This document shows, piece by piece, positions 12,908 through 26,907 of a DNA stretch of 64,000 bases (the stretch's first letter is position 1; each line of letters begins with the position of its first letter). Made by a program: the position numbers and the translations under genes. Origin of the DNA: Catajapyx aquilonaris (taxonomy: Eukaryota). The notes beneath the pieces are model-generated. The model did not search any database. It was given only the letters and a program-made list of their open reading frames with translations, and was not told the DNA's origin. The stretch is from positions 1 through 64,000 of the forward strand of contig JYFJ02000197.1 of the NCBI GenBank assembly GCA_000934665.2. Reading direction: 5' to 3'.

Positions 12908-15900
12908 CATGCTAGTGGCCCAAGCAATTCAATGCCTCCTGAGTACCCAGAGTGTTGACCCTGCACCCCGTCCTCATCAGCAAGAAAGGACGTCTTATGG
13001 CTATCGGAAGATGCAAAGGAGGAGGGGAAAAAAGGAATAGGCGGCTGTCTTCATCAGTTGTCAGGGTGGAGGATGAAGGGCTGGCCGACGCCCCGGACAA
13101 TGTATGCTGGCTGTTTGGCTTCGGACCAATGGGACTAGGGTCGCGTGAAAACTTATTGGGGACAAGGATGGGTTTCAACCAAACAGTCTTGTCGCTACCG
13201 ACAATCGACTGTCAGAAAGGATGCGATGGAAGATAAATAGACGCCACGCGAACGTATTCTGGCAGACTGCCATTCTTGTAACTCCCTGATTATGCTAATC
13301 AACTACATCGCTACAAGTTGGTAATGACGAACCAAAATGAACGAAGTGTTTTTGCCCAAGCACGATACATATCATATTCTGTAGTGTGACAGGGCTGATT
13401 CAGGAATACAACATTGTCTTGCATTGTGTCGAATTTATTTTAAACAGTTCTGGTCAAGATAATCAGCAGAAACTGTACATAAATGCTTATGACCAAATCT
13501 TATGACCAAGAAATTGCTTCTTCAACTGCCACCGCGGTGTGGTATACAGTAAATATTGAGGTGGTGAAAGGTTGGTGCTCCCTTGCAACAACTATAGGAA
13601 GCCAGCAGAAAAGCGGCAAAAGAAAGCGATTGGGACAGAGTGGTCCCGGAGACAATATAATTACAGGAGACGTCCAAAGTCTTAAAAAGGTCATTAAGGT
13701 TTTAGTCTTGTCACTTGGAAGGACAGAAGGGTCGTACTCCACACCCCTGCTAATTAAAGCCCTTGTCGCGTTTTTTTCTCTCTTTAGCATCACACTCTCT
13801 ATAGACACCTGGTCTGAAGAATAGGGTTAAGCAGGCAAGGTTGATAATTACTGGGTTGGATTGCGACTCAGGGAGTAACCCCTGCCGGGAGTCTACTTTT
13901 ATACCGCTTAATTAATCGTGTCATTGACCTGCCTTACCTCTGTAGGCTGATTCATTAAGAGCGACTGTCAATTCGTATCTTAGTTGGATGTCATCATGAC
14001 AATAGGGTGGAGTTATTGTTCTTCTCAAGGTAGCTTTTGGAAGGTGCAATCAGTGAGCTCCGATCGTGTATTGACCAGGTTCATTTAGTAGTGAAAGTGT
14101 CGTAAAATCATGTCGATATCAAAGAAGTGGTGCTGAAAAAATAAGTGTAACAAAAGAAGTCATTTTAGGAGAGTGGCAAATAGATACGTGATCATTTCAG
14201 ATTGTGCCCGCGCTGCCTTTCAAATAAGCAGCACAATCGTATTAGTCAGAAAACAATATCACGTTTTCCTAATGATGGAGCAATAAGGTTACGTGGGGGT
14301 CAGTCCTAGTTCCAATTGGGATATGACCGCAAATGGCAAAGGCAATTTAGGAGGAATGCAATTCTCTCGGCTACCTTCATTAGCCCGCAGAATCTAGAAT
14401 GGCATCGAGAAAAAGTAGAGTAGTGGTTAAGGTGAGATGAGATGGAAGCTGGGGGAGAGAAGTCGATGACACGAGGGCCAGACCACAAGGCCCGTTTTGC
14501 CCATTTTGTTTTTCTTTCGTTTGGAATAGCCTGCCATACCGCATTGCACACAGTGAAGTGACCCGCGCATCACAATGATAAGGACTGTTGGCCAAGAGGA
14601 TGCTGCACGTGATTAAACAAGGGAAGGTATGCAGACCTCTGGATTAAATGATTAAATATGTGGTGGAGAAGATAGTTCAGGAGGAATTGAACTTGCAGTT
14701 GGTACACGTCTATAATGCAATCCCCTAGACTCTTATAGAGTGGACAAGATCTCAATACGGATCAGTTATGACAACAATGGCGATGTCTGCACGTCCTCAG
14801 CATTTGAACCTAATTTTAAAGAATGCTGCAATAGAAAACAGTTTTTTGATAAGCCTTCTGCCGTTACCTTGCAGGGTTAGTAAAAAAAATATATGACAAC
14901 CAACCTGAGGTGGGGATGCTTTTGAGTAGTGCTGTTGAAAGGCATTTTCCTCCGGGTCCCAGGAGGATTGGAGAGCTGATGATTCCTCCTGCTGAAGAAA
15001 ATCCGAAGCCTTCAGATTTGACGGACGCGGTGTAAGGGTGACACGGCTGCTTAGAGAAGTTGGTTTAAGAAAAATTTTCATGCCGCCTGGTATATGTCGA
15101 TGAACCATGACTAAACACTTTCTCTTGACGTCGATTCTGGCTGGAATATACTGCCATTGAATCCTACTGCTGCCGTCTTCCATAACGTCATGATTATAGC
15201 TTTTAAAAGACAGATTCTCCGCGGTCGGTATGCTTTTCAAGTCACCCTACACAGATTGAAAAATTAAAACATCTGTCTCACACTACAATACTGCTATCCT
15301 CCAAGTCTCTACACCTTCACATTAGCATCGGGAAATTTACTTATCACCTTAATGTTTTGAGAAACACCATTGCGAAGACACATTTCAAGTATTGATTAAT
15401 TAATTTCTATGTAGATAATGCATGAAGGAGTTGCAGGACACCTCTTGAAGCACCCTTTTTTGTTCCTCAGTAAATCCCAGCGTACTTCCCTTTGCGGCCA
15501 AAATGCGTCAGTCACGTCCGAGATGGGGGTAAAAAAGGGCCAAGTCGTGCAAAGTGGCCAAATTCTGAGCGGCTTGGGTAATAGGAAAATGCCCGCATTA
15601 CTTGCAAAATGTCACCCGGCCACATATGACCGTCGAAATCCTTTCTAAAAGTTGATGAGGTGGTTTTCTCCCTGAAGGTGGGAGGCTGATGGGAGGAAAA
15701 GGGATGGGAGGAGAAATGGTTTTCTTTTGATAACGAGACGTCAACCTGAACAATTCAAGACCTCAGTTTTGTGGGTTGAGATGCTTCAAGTCAACCTCTT
15801 CGTAACCCCTGTCAGTGCCTTTGGTGCACATTACCTGCACGTGAGTCTGTCTGACCCACGCTGTTGGTGATGTAACTCTAGAACCTACTTTCATAGGTAT

Positions 15901-18900
15901 AGAATATGCGACTGGATCTGCTTTTTTAAAGAAATATTTTTAAAAAAATATGCATGAGCCCCAATTAATTAGTAATATTTAGCTTATTTATAGGTTGTAA
16001 TATTTAAATTGCCCTTGATGTGGCAAAAGTGTCGACACTTTTCAAGCATGGCCATTTCACAGCTAATCTTCTCATTCTGAGGTGACGCCACCAAACATTA
16101 CCCACCCTGCCATCTTACTAATAGCTCGTCAGGTGGCACTTGCTACTTAGAAGAGTAACAGATTGCCATGCTTTATTGTCTTCTTAATCCGCACCAGAAT
16201 TCCCTTCGCGTGTCATTAGCAATTCTTAAGTCAACATTAAAGAATAGCACGCATTGTCCGGTAACAAATAGGGGCTGAAAGGTGTGTGTAGCTTAGACCG
16301 GTGATTAATTGGAGCCAACCGGTTCAGACTTTTGGAGAAGAAGAAAAAAAAGTGTGTGTATATATGTATATATAGGAGAAAGGAGACCAGGGTATTTTTT
16401 TAAGGTGGCGGCTTAGTCCTTGATCATTTTATGGGTTATTTGTTGGCACAGTTGCGTAAAGTCATAAGATGTGCGAGGTTGCTCTTATTTTTTTGTGTGG
16501 TTTTGTAAGCGCACTTTACAAAGGATTCCATAGGGTACACATAGCGTACGCGTTAGGGTGTGCCTTGAACCTTTCTCCCACTCGGGTCAACAAGAGAAAC
16601 TGCTTTCCCACAACATAAACTATGAGTCTGAACTTGGATAATTTATTTCCTCTTCCTCGGGCTCGATAGGTGAATGTGGAAGAGAGCAGATCCCTAGAGT
16701 AGAAATTCAAGGGATGTAAAGGTTTCAAGCAAGGGGTGAAGTAATACAGTACTTGGGCGCATTTTACGGACTTTTTTGTTACTTCATGTGCTGGGTAATA
16801 GTTTCAGCAAAAAGATTTTATGATGACCACGTTACAAAGAAAGAATGATTAAATGCGCAAGTTTTTCAGTTTGCTGCTTTGGAGATTCACACGGAAAGAT
16901 TAGAGGTGTAGGAGTTAAATACGACGTGTGTCAAAGAGATGGAGTTTCGAGGAAATGCATTTAAGTGCCGAAGCTTATACGTTATGCCGTACTTATAACA
17001 TAGTATTCTTTTTCATGGGATTTCTTTGGGGGAGATTGCTGCAGTTGGCCAGGCGAATGAGCCTTTGGTCTTAGCGTAGAATCATCTTCGTACGAGTCAT
17101 ATTTATATGCTCTTAACAACTCTTACACAATATAATACTTGTACAGTTGTAGTACTTATTACAGATTTTTGTAGTAATGTGTTGCTCCCATGTTTCACTT
17201 GGTTGAAACTTCCCCCAACACAACCTTGCAGATTTTTTTGTCACTTTGTGTCCATGTCTATATATTGTCTGTATGCATTAAAATTTTGTCTGAATTGTTC
17301 TTCCCTGCACTTGCTGATTACCTCACAGTTATTGTCATGGTAGAGGAATAAGACACAGATATCAAAATATTTTTTCGTTGCCGATTTATTTGTGCAGTTT
17401 ACTCTAGCACATTTCTGAGCACATCTGTTGTTATTACACATAAAACTGGTCAGAATTGCAATGCACCTTATGCTAATATTACGACATGACCATAATGTAC
17501 TAGCATGTTATGGAGGTATTTTAGATGTTCTCTTATTGCAAAGTAACACTGACAACAGGGGCAACCTGATTAAGCGTTTCATTTGCATCATGCCGCATTT
17601 TAAAACAATCCCTTCTAGATTCTAAGCGTCATTTTCTTGGGATGAACCGTACATCCTTTCTCTTCTTGTTTTTTGCTCTTTTTGTTGTTGTTGTCCGATG
17701 TTCCCTAGTGGGTTTAGCGTGTGGGGCTCCTCATGCCACTGCAAGGTTTGCTTTTTGTCCTAATGAATTTTACAGTAGGCAGTGCAAGAAGTCACTGGGT
17801 GGAACCAGAAGCATCACACGAGGCAAGATGGCATATTGTTCTTGGCGTGAGGCTTCAGGGAGAAAAAAGGTGGAATCGGAAGGTGCGTAAGGCTGGTGGC
17901 CACTACGCATTATAAGCAGTTGCGGCCCCTCTTGTTACATGCAATCCCTGGTCCAGCAGGCTCTTCTCATTCCGACTGCATCCGTGAACTATGCTGCCAA
18001 CGGAGAGAGCAGACTTGACTTTTGACCACTCACAAGAACAGGTGAAAGTCCCATGTTTTTGCCTTCTCTCGCCATCTTTTTGGTTCATATGGATGGAGTG
18101 CGATAGTTATATTAATCACCGCATTTGTGAAACTTGCAGTGATGTAATGAAGTTGGCCACACTCATGTGCTGTCATCTTCGGTTTTTAATCGTATTCCAG
18201 ATCGTAAATCTTGAGGCTGGAAATGATTTGGTTCTCGGTTCTGCCAAGCCCAATATTCTTTTTGTCGAAAAGAGGGTTCGTGCGAAAGTTTGACTGCAAC
18301 AGAACCCAAAGGAGTCAGACCAGGTCTGGCCCTGCATAAATTATTGTTAAATGTGCCCTGCATGGACGGAAAATTTATGGAGGCTTCTCGCACAACTTTA
18401 TTTTGTTGTGTGCAGGCGGCCCCGGAAAGTAAAGAACAGCATTTTCTTTTTCTTTGGGCGTGTAGTCCACGCCACCTACGTAGAAACAACTTATCCGCAT
18501 CGATGTCCTGCAAGTCAAGATGTCTGTGCTCTTGAAGTAGATCTCGCGCCATTTTGCATTACAATGTTTAGTTATTGTGCGATACATCGGGTTGTCACTG
18601 ACATCATTAGGCCCATTTTGTACCTGGGCTGGACCTGCCTGTTCTATATCATTGGCCAGAAAGGATTTATGGAACGACTATTTATTTCCCCCATGAAGCA
18701 CGCCCTTTTGATATGAAGTTTGAATTTCCCGCCCCCAATCCAGTGTCACCGCCCGTCACGCCAACCTCTTCGCCCACTGAAACCCCATTATTGCGAGCCC
18801 CCATACGAAGCTGCCCCTAAATATTGAATATAAAATCCTTGTTGTTTCAACAGTTGGGCAAGTTATGGCTCCTTATTTCACTCTAGTTTAACACGGGCAC

Positions 18901-21900
18901 GACAGTTCGTAAGCCCACGCTTTCTGACTTACAACGTGCCTGGACTCCCCCAGGTACGTACCATACATCCCTGACAGGCCTCTTATGTTTCTCCTCACCC
19001 ACCAAGTGTTGTTATGGCCCCGCCATGCAGCAGTCACTATGACACTTGGAGTAAAGGCATGCCCCTTTTTATTGTTTTTTACGACCACACGCATCTACTT
19101 AGTTTTCCAATTTTTACATGGCCAAAAGGTTGCACTCTGGTTTCCACAACACGCCACAAAACATATTTCCATCTCCCATAAGATAAGCTTCCGTCCATCT
19201 TGGACCAGGATTTTACGAGTGCCCAAGAGATATTTCTTACTGGGAGGACGTGAGCAGTTAAATGGCGCTGATGAAACGCGCCTGCTCATAAAATTGGAGT
19301 CCTACTGCCATGCTTGTCCGGCCAGAATGTACCGTGGTCCAATCAGAGAAAGGGTCTCGAGAGTATCATGTCGCCATGCCGTAGGTCTTGGTAGATGAAG
19401 GATGTGGTTGGGGGTCCAGTGCAGAGTTCAGCCAACCTCTTGCCCAAGAGGTGACCTGTTTTATCTGACCACTTTTTTGCGGTCATCTGCTAAGCCGTGT
19501 AATTTACGACGCGTTTTTTGGCATTTATAGAGCCCTAGTGACACCTTGTTGCCAACCACTTTATAGATCGATTGTCTTCTGTATTTGTTAGCTATATTTT
19601 GACTAATATATGAAGACCACCTTGCTAGATCCATTGTGAAATTTACTGTCCAGAAAAATGTAATAGTTTGGTTTGCACCACCTTTATGATCGCGAATTAC
19701 ATCTGTTCACACCCACGTGTGAGAAACGCCATCAGCATTTACCTGGCAAACGCTTTGCTCGAGCTAGCCATGTGGCAATTGCACATATCGTACATCCCCC
19801 ATATCCCTCCCCTTTGAAGAGTTTGGGCAGGAGGTGTGTAGAGCCATGTTCCCCCCCTCCTCCCATGTAGAATTATTGTCATGCAAACGCACCCCACAAC
19901 ACGTGAGAAAACTCGGTGAGGCTTAATTAGAAGGAGGTGGAAAAGGTGAAAACCCTAGGCGGGCAAGTCGCAGAGGGGGGGCAGGAGGGGAAGGAGGGGG
20001 ACTTAGGCGCCTCTCTACCTGAGTTATGGCGCCCACCCTTACAAACCCGAAGACGGTTTCTTTTCCCCTCCTTCTCCCTTCCCCACTTCGTCTTCTGTTC
20101 TTGCATGGGTGTCCTGAGAAGCAGGTTGAGGGGGCCAGAACTACATCGATTTTGCTGATTCCGCATCCGCTTCATGGACGGGACACCTGGTGGTCCAGGG
20201 CTGCTGCTAACTTATGGCTTTTGTACATTTAGGTAATCGGACTCTAAAACTTGTTATCTGGCAGGTGTTACTGTGTCTTGATACCGAGTGTAATATTATT
20301 ACGACATAAATTATTGGAAGTGAAATTAGTTCGCATGGGAGCGTGAATTGATCGTAATAACTGAGACCATTTAGGATGTATCATTTTGAGAAGAGTCTAT
20401 ATGTTCACATGTAGTGGGTCACTGTGGCCATCAAATGAATCGAAAAACAGCAGACGTTGCATAGAAACTGGGACGTGACGGCACAGAGAAAGTGCCTTCT
20501 ATTGACTGTGACAAGTGGTTCTAATCCAAGCGTGTACTTTTTTGCACGTTTGATTCATAAGTAAGTGCCAAAATGAGCTATTTGGCAACTTATTTGAAAA
20601 AATTGCCCTATATCCCAAACTTCGGATCCGAAATTGCTGCTACAGTGGTATTTATTACACTACTGAAAAGCTGCTTTTAATTTACCTTGCGGTAATACTT
20701 GCGTAATGAATTGTGAAAAATAACCATACCGGTATTGGGCCCTGTAAAAGTCCGGCGTTGGAATTTTGCTCATTATTTTTTTTCAAAAGTCGTAAAAATC
20801 TGAAACAATGTGTCGGTGTTCACCTCCGAGAAGGAACAGCTCATCAATGTGATCCGGATAGTCGAGCGGAGACGGTATCCAAGAATTTTTGGGTCTCTGA
20901 CCCCATAAAAATAGCCTACTAATAGTTGCTCGGTACAACAACTCTGAGAATGCGGGAAGAAGGGCATTTAGCCGTAAGTGTTAAAGCATGAGAGGTAAGG
21001 AAAAAGGGATGCGTGGGCCCAATAAATCACCGTGACCTGCCAACATTTACGACTCCAGCGTGGTGCATTGAGTGAGCAAAACGGCGCCATTGCATTCTGT
21101 CCGCAGAAGATAAATCCTCCGATTTGATTACGCGATCTATCCGCATTACTTCGAGAGCGATCCAGGTTTGTAAATCAAACTAGTAAAGGGCGGCCATTGT
21201 CATGTGATCTGCGCTTTTACGGCACGGGTTTTTCTTTTTCGGCAAACGCGGCTCAGTCACGCGACTAGGCCTGGCTCATGCACATGGCCGTTAATGGCGG
21301 TTGGAGCTGGGCCCATCCCATGCGGCATCCGACGCCATTGCTCCATTTCCCATGCATTTAAAACACAAATTAAACAGACTGTCCAGTTTATTTTGGTTGC
21401 TGCTGAGAGACTAGCATTTAAGCCTAATTTGCGTCTCATAAAAAGAGAGAGCGCGGGCTGTGATATGGTGCAATTGAAAGCTGGAGCCGTTTCATGAATC
21501 TACAAGATTCAGTGGTCGGAAGGCCTTTGAAAGGAGTCTGGGCCAAGTGGTTGTGAGGTGACCCCCTGGGGGCATCCGTGTCCCACAATTTGGAGGCATA
21601 AACGTCGACCAGAAGCAGGGTGTCTGTGGGTGGCGGAGGATCTCTCACAGGCTTTATGGTCCGACAACTGTTACCCCGCTTGGCCCCTCAACAGACGCAG
21701 CACGGGCGCCTATCCAACAAGTGAAATCATAATAGACTACCTGGACCCGGATAGTTGAAAATATTCACATATCACCAATTCCAGACATATGTGTACATTG
21801 TATGAAAGGTCACCCCGATTTCAGTATCCCTCATCCTGAAGGTGTGCGGTTGTGGTCAGCCTTTGCGCAACCAGAAAGCCATCCAGGGAGCTCCTTCGTC

Positions 21901-23070
21901 TTCTCATTTCCATACAAAGGCTTGCTTTGGGGGCCCCCTTGCCTGGCGCGCTCTTGCTTTGATGTGTGGCAGCCTCAGCCGGATTCGACCTTTGACCCTC
22001 CCACGCCACTCCCTGGCCCGGCCCATTTGTTTTGTCAGGCAGGAGAGAACTTGTGTTTTTTTCTTCAGGTACGACCCTGATTGTTTTTATGATCGGAATG
22101 ATTGGTTCCTACTGAGTTGCTGTTCTGTTTGCATAAGGTTTAATTACTATTAAAATAAGTCCTCTAGCATTGACAGGTATAGATAATAGGGATCTGTCAG
22201 CTGCCTTTAGGAGTCTTTCACCGGACGTTATGAGAATGGTTGTAGCAGCCAGTTATTGGGTTTTCAAGCAGGACTGTAGCCTATCAGTGAAATTATTATA
22301 GTATAACATGGAAGCATATAACCTATGCAAATACAAAATGTCTATAGCAAATACCACTGTATTATACGCAGCTTGAGAAGGCCTTACTGTATTTAATAGA
22401 AGATTGAATAAGATTCGTCAAACTTAAGATAGTTTTTGATTGGTTATGGGGAATGGGATGAAACCGCAAATTAGAATTAAAAGCAGTAACTATAGCCTCC
22501 GAGTTTGCACGCCTTGACTCCTGCTCGTAATTTGCCTGCAAAATAATCACGGTGGAGAAAAAAGCTGAGCCTACTTTATCAGGACGGCTTTGTGGGCAGA
22601 AAAAAATGGCTCAAGCTTGCTTAGTAGCTTGCGGAACTGGTAAAGGACCGATGGGAACTGGTCCAGTGGTTATAATTTGTAAGGTAACTGATGGGAGCAA
22701 TATGAAATAGTTTAAAACAGTGGCGGACTTACGAGGGCCGATGGAAAGGGGTTCATTTGAACCGGGCCCCTCCAATTTAAACTCACCCTCAGGTGAGAAG
22801 GAGTCTGATGCAGTATGTTATTATTTGGAAGTAGCCCATTATTTCCTAGATTCGTTTGACCACCGACAATGTACCCATGACAACCGTATGTCACATCACT
22901 GGTGATAAGGTCCAGACATTCCGGATCGAATTCTACGGAGTGTGGAAGTCTGATGGAACTACGTATATGGAAGTTCCGTGATGGTTTTCAGTGTGTGCAG
23001 TGGAGAGCTTTACCAGCAGTGTCCAGCAGAAGGTCCAGCCGTGCTTGCTGTATCGCAGCATGTGAGTGAT

Positions 23071-23122
23071 ATTTTGTATTATAGGGAACTTACTGAATTT
23101 TGTATTATAGGGAACTTACTGA
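23071..23122. repeat. perfect 26-bp tandem duplication
   Basis: ATTTTGTATTATAGGGAACTTACTGA at 23071-23096 and 23097-23122. Confidence 0.95.
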
Positions 23123-25979
23123 ATAGCTGCATTTCTGTCTCTCAGTAGTTGACACCAGCATGATTCAGGACACTGGGATGTGCTTGTTGGTCAGCTTTTA
23201 TGTAACTTTTTGCGCATTGCTTGACATTTAATAAATATGTATAGGTACCACGCAGAGAAGCAACTTTTTCATGAAGATTGCACACGGAACAATAAGAAAT
23301 GCATGTCATTAAAAATAATCACACAGTATATTGACCACGCAATGCACAAGTTTATTACGTTTTCATTTCTGTTTGGTGTTTGAGTTAGTGTGAATGGATT
23401 AATTAAATTTATAGAAGTGTAAGGGTTGCGACCAGCACATTTATACTACTGTACTGTACGAGACCGGTACAAGTGTATTATTATTTAATATTTTCAACAC
23501 AGTCACATGTGGCATCCGATAGAATATTGAATGTGTTGCTTGTTCGGTAGAACTGATTGACATACCGGTATTAGTTGTTTGCAATTTTGAGAGATTGACC
23601 AAACCTCTTATCACACACCGCACCCCTACGCAAGGCAGGCAAAAATCCCAACTACAGTAATTATCAAATAGACTGGCCCCTCTACTACTTGTAGAATCCT
23701 GCACACATAATCTCATCTGCCACACATCATAATAACTTCCCGGAAACTCCGAGGCAAAATCTGTATTCCGCCATCAGGAATAATAATTTGCCACGCCCTC
23801 CTCACCACCTCTCGCGATATGTGCGTGTATAAAAATGCTTGAAGGTGATCACCTTCAACACGTAATATCTTCCCCGGCGCCTTAAGTGTACCTCACAAAA
23901 GCAATCAAAACGTGAGGACGCGAAAAGCACTTTCCATAAAAGTCAGCTGGTGGCATCAGTTTCCATAAAGCACCGGTTTCCTCCGTAAACAAAAATGCTA
24001 AGCTCCCTTATGTCTTTTCTCCCCTACGCAAAACCATATAGTTCACAGGTCATGGGGTTGGGTATCCTGTCCTAGAAACTCTTCTTTGTTTTTTATACTA
24101 TTCTGCCGCCACCTATGAATTCATTACAATGTCTGGTGCTCCCCACAGTTGACCTTCTTTGTGTAACTTGTTAGTTTGCGTTTTGACTTCTTTTGTGGTC
24201 CCGAATGTGGACACAAAAGGGGATTGACCAGTAAAGTTAGCCGCATGAATTTTGATGCGGGAAAGGAGCAATGAAATGGTAAAACCAGGAGGGTGTGCGA
24301 AGGGAGAAGAAAGAACTATTGTAATGAATGCGCTCTTAGTCTTCTTTATATCCTTTTTATACGAAGAAAAAAAGAGGCTGCTTTACATAGAGAACTGACT
24401 AAAATGAACATCAGTTTAGTAACTAAAAGTGTAGATAAGTAGGTACTTGTTGTATCTATTTGTTATTTATTTCTAAATCACCCCACATTACAACCTGTAC
24501 TATACATACCTGAGGAATTTTTTTTCTCTCCATTTACCTTTGAGAGAGTGTGCAACACCGCCTGAAGCCATGATTTTTACCGGCGCAGTAAAACCCGGCG
24601 ACTGACTCTGCATGCCCCATTTGACATCTTTACCACCCCCTAGGAGGAAAAGAATTTCCGAACTCGAGTTTAACTGTACAGGCTTCCCTAAACTTAACGT
24701 TTGGCAGACACACTACAGATTAGGTTCGAACAAAAAAGAGAAAGATTTACGTGTCCATTGAATTTCTTGGCGGATTAATTTGGCGCCGGTAACGGGTTAA
24801 AAGGGTGCTCTTTCCCCTCCTCCTTCCCCCTATTTCCCACTGACAGGAAAGCCAGCATTAAATAAATGGTCCCCTAAGGTACAACTTGGAGCTACATCCC
24901 AGGGGGAAGCATTCCTAATTTTTTATAAAATCACAGGATGTTTCGGACTAATTTTTCTCATCTTACGAGTTGAGTCGGGGTCGCGACGATCCCAGCAGGG
25001 TGTCCAAAGCGAGTCGTAGAGTGTGCGCCAGTCCCATATCTTCTGTCGCGTCACCAGTGTCCACTAGGGTTAATATTTCAGGCGTATAAATTTTTGGGGC
25101 GATGTTGGCGCTTGTCGTGGTTTTTGTAAAAATGTTGCCTGCATTTGTCAGTTAGGGTGGCTGTATCCTGAAATATATTTCTGGCGTTTTTGATTCAGTG
25201 CCTCATCATGTTGCGAGTCAAAATCGATTTATCTGCACCGAATTATGTCGAAATAGTATGAGGTGAAATTCCACTTTTGGACATACTCCTTTAGCTCTAT
25301 ACAGTCTATGATGGAATTACTATGCGTACCGCAATTATCTTACGAATGCCTAGACCTGAAGAGGTGCTTTAAAGATGACATCATTGGATGAATTCTTTTT
25401 TTTAATGGTAAAGCAAATTACTTTGGCCGTGTATTATAAGTTATTAGTGTGTGAACATATTATTGCTCGAGATGAATTAGGTACCGGTAGTATAACGCAA
25501 CATAATTATTCGAGGCAGTCGTATTTTATTCAAAAAAATAATGCGGGTAATATATTCAACATGTGACCTCTGACGGGCTTCTCTTTAAAATACCGACTTT
25601 ATTCATCTGAACATTACTCACAGTGGACTTTGGGAGTGTTAGAAAACGGAAAACTTAAATGATGCAGACCCTGCTTAAGTACTCTAACGAAATATTTCAT
25701 TATTAGGAGAAATATTTTAATTTATCTCTTGGCGAAGGATTACAACAATAAGTGTAGAAGAGTGGCTCAGATTCCAAAAATCTTATGAGGTAATCCCACT
25801 TTTCTTTAGCAGGGTATTTCTCGTGACTGGCTTTTTACACCCAAATCAGTGACTGGAACTAGCGGGTAAGGCACGAGGCCGCTGGCGATGCAACTCTTAT
25901 TTCATAGATGGCATGCCGCTGCCTTCCTTCTTTGCACGATGTCTCAGCGATTATAACGAGAGAAAAAAGTTAAGAATGG

Positions 25980-25980
25980 T

Positions 25981-26027
<47 letters not shown>
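25980..26027. repeat. (TTTA)12 microsatellite; could be the (TAAA)n tail of a minus-strand non-LTR element
   Basis: Perfect tetranucleotide run. An imperfect stem-loop TGTTCTT-TGTG-AAGAGCA lies ~25 nt to its right. Confidence 0.9.
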
Positions 26028-26842
26028 CAAATACCAAATTCACTGACACTGTTCTTTGTGAAGAGCACGAATGGAGTTACATGCATATTAAACCAATATT
26101 ATTATAGCCTACTAATCACTTAACTAAATTCTGAAATCTAAATGCAATTAGTTATTGACTAATGCCAGAAACCGATGTAATAATGGAGTTTGTGTCTATA
26201 TAGTAATGAAAGTAATACAACCATAATGTGTACTTCACTATTCCTAATAAGAGGACCAAACTCTTTCACTTTCCATCGAATCATAAGACGTGGTGTTCAC
26301 CTCAGCATATACTGTACCAACTGGCATGCTATAATGAAGTCAAAATGCTTGGGCAAAGTATTTATATGGCACATCAAGATTGATTCAACGATGATGAAAC
26401 TTATTATACAATCGTCCTTCATTTTTTACACAAAACAGTTTAAATATGTTGGGCGAGGATAATTGAAATATGCAGCCTATAATTCCCCGTGTAGGATGCG
26501 TGAGATGCATGAAATATTTCCGTCATGCAATAATATGCAAATCCCTTTTAGAAGAAAATTACCCCCAATCAATAAGCCTAAATATGTTGCTTGCGATATG
26601 TTCACGTGAAGAAATTCCATATTGGCATACGTCACAACATAATAATATTTCTAACCATAAAACTGAACCTGTTTTTGTTTATGGTGAATATAAAAATATT
26701 CGACCCTCGGATGTTTGTATATGGTCCACGTAAGTTTGTGCTAATCATAGCAAAAGATCCAGATGCAAATAATGACATCATTGATTGGAGCAGGGAACCT
26801 GATATAATCATGTAACATCTTCCCTTCACCGGAATGAACTTC

Positions 26843-26907
26843 CACCACCAAGAGTGGTGAGTGGCGGTTTGGCCCACCCAACCACCGCAGGCTGCGGTAG
26901 CACTAGT
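26843..26907 (+). mobile_element. candidate Helitron-like 3' terminus
   Basis: GC-rich hairpin ACCGCAG-G-CTGCGGT (26884-26898) followed by AGCA-CTAG|T (26903-26907). A second hairpin CACCAC-CAAGA-GTGGTG is at 26843-26859. Confidence 0.35.

Noticed and set aside
22718..22770. CAGTGGCGGA, resembling a MITE/hAT left terminus
   Set aside because: No matching inverted terminus or target-site duplication found nearby.
23931..23990. Repeated TTTCCATAAA (Caudal/posterior Hox-like sites)
   Set aside because: Short AT-rich motifs are too frequent here to be informative without conservation data.
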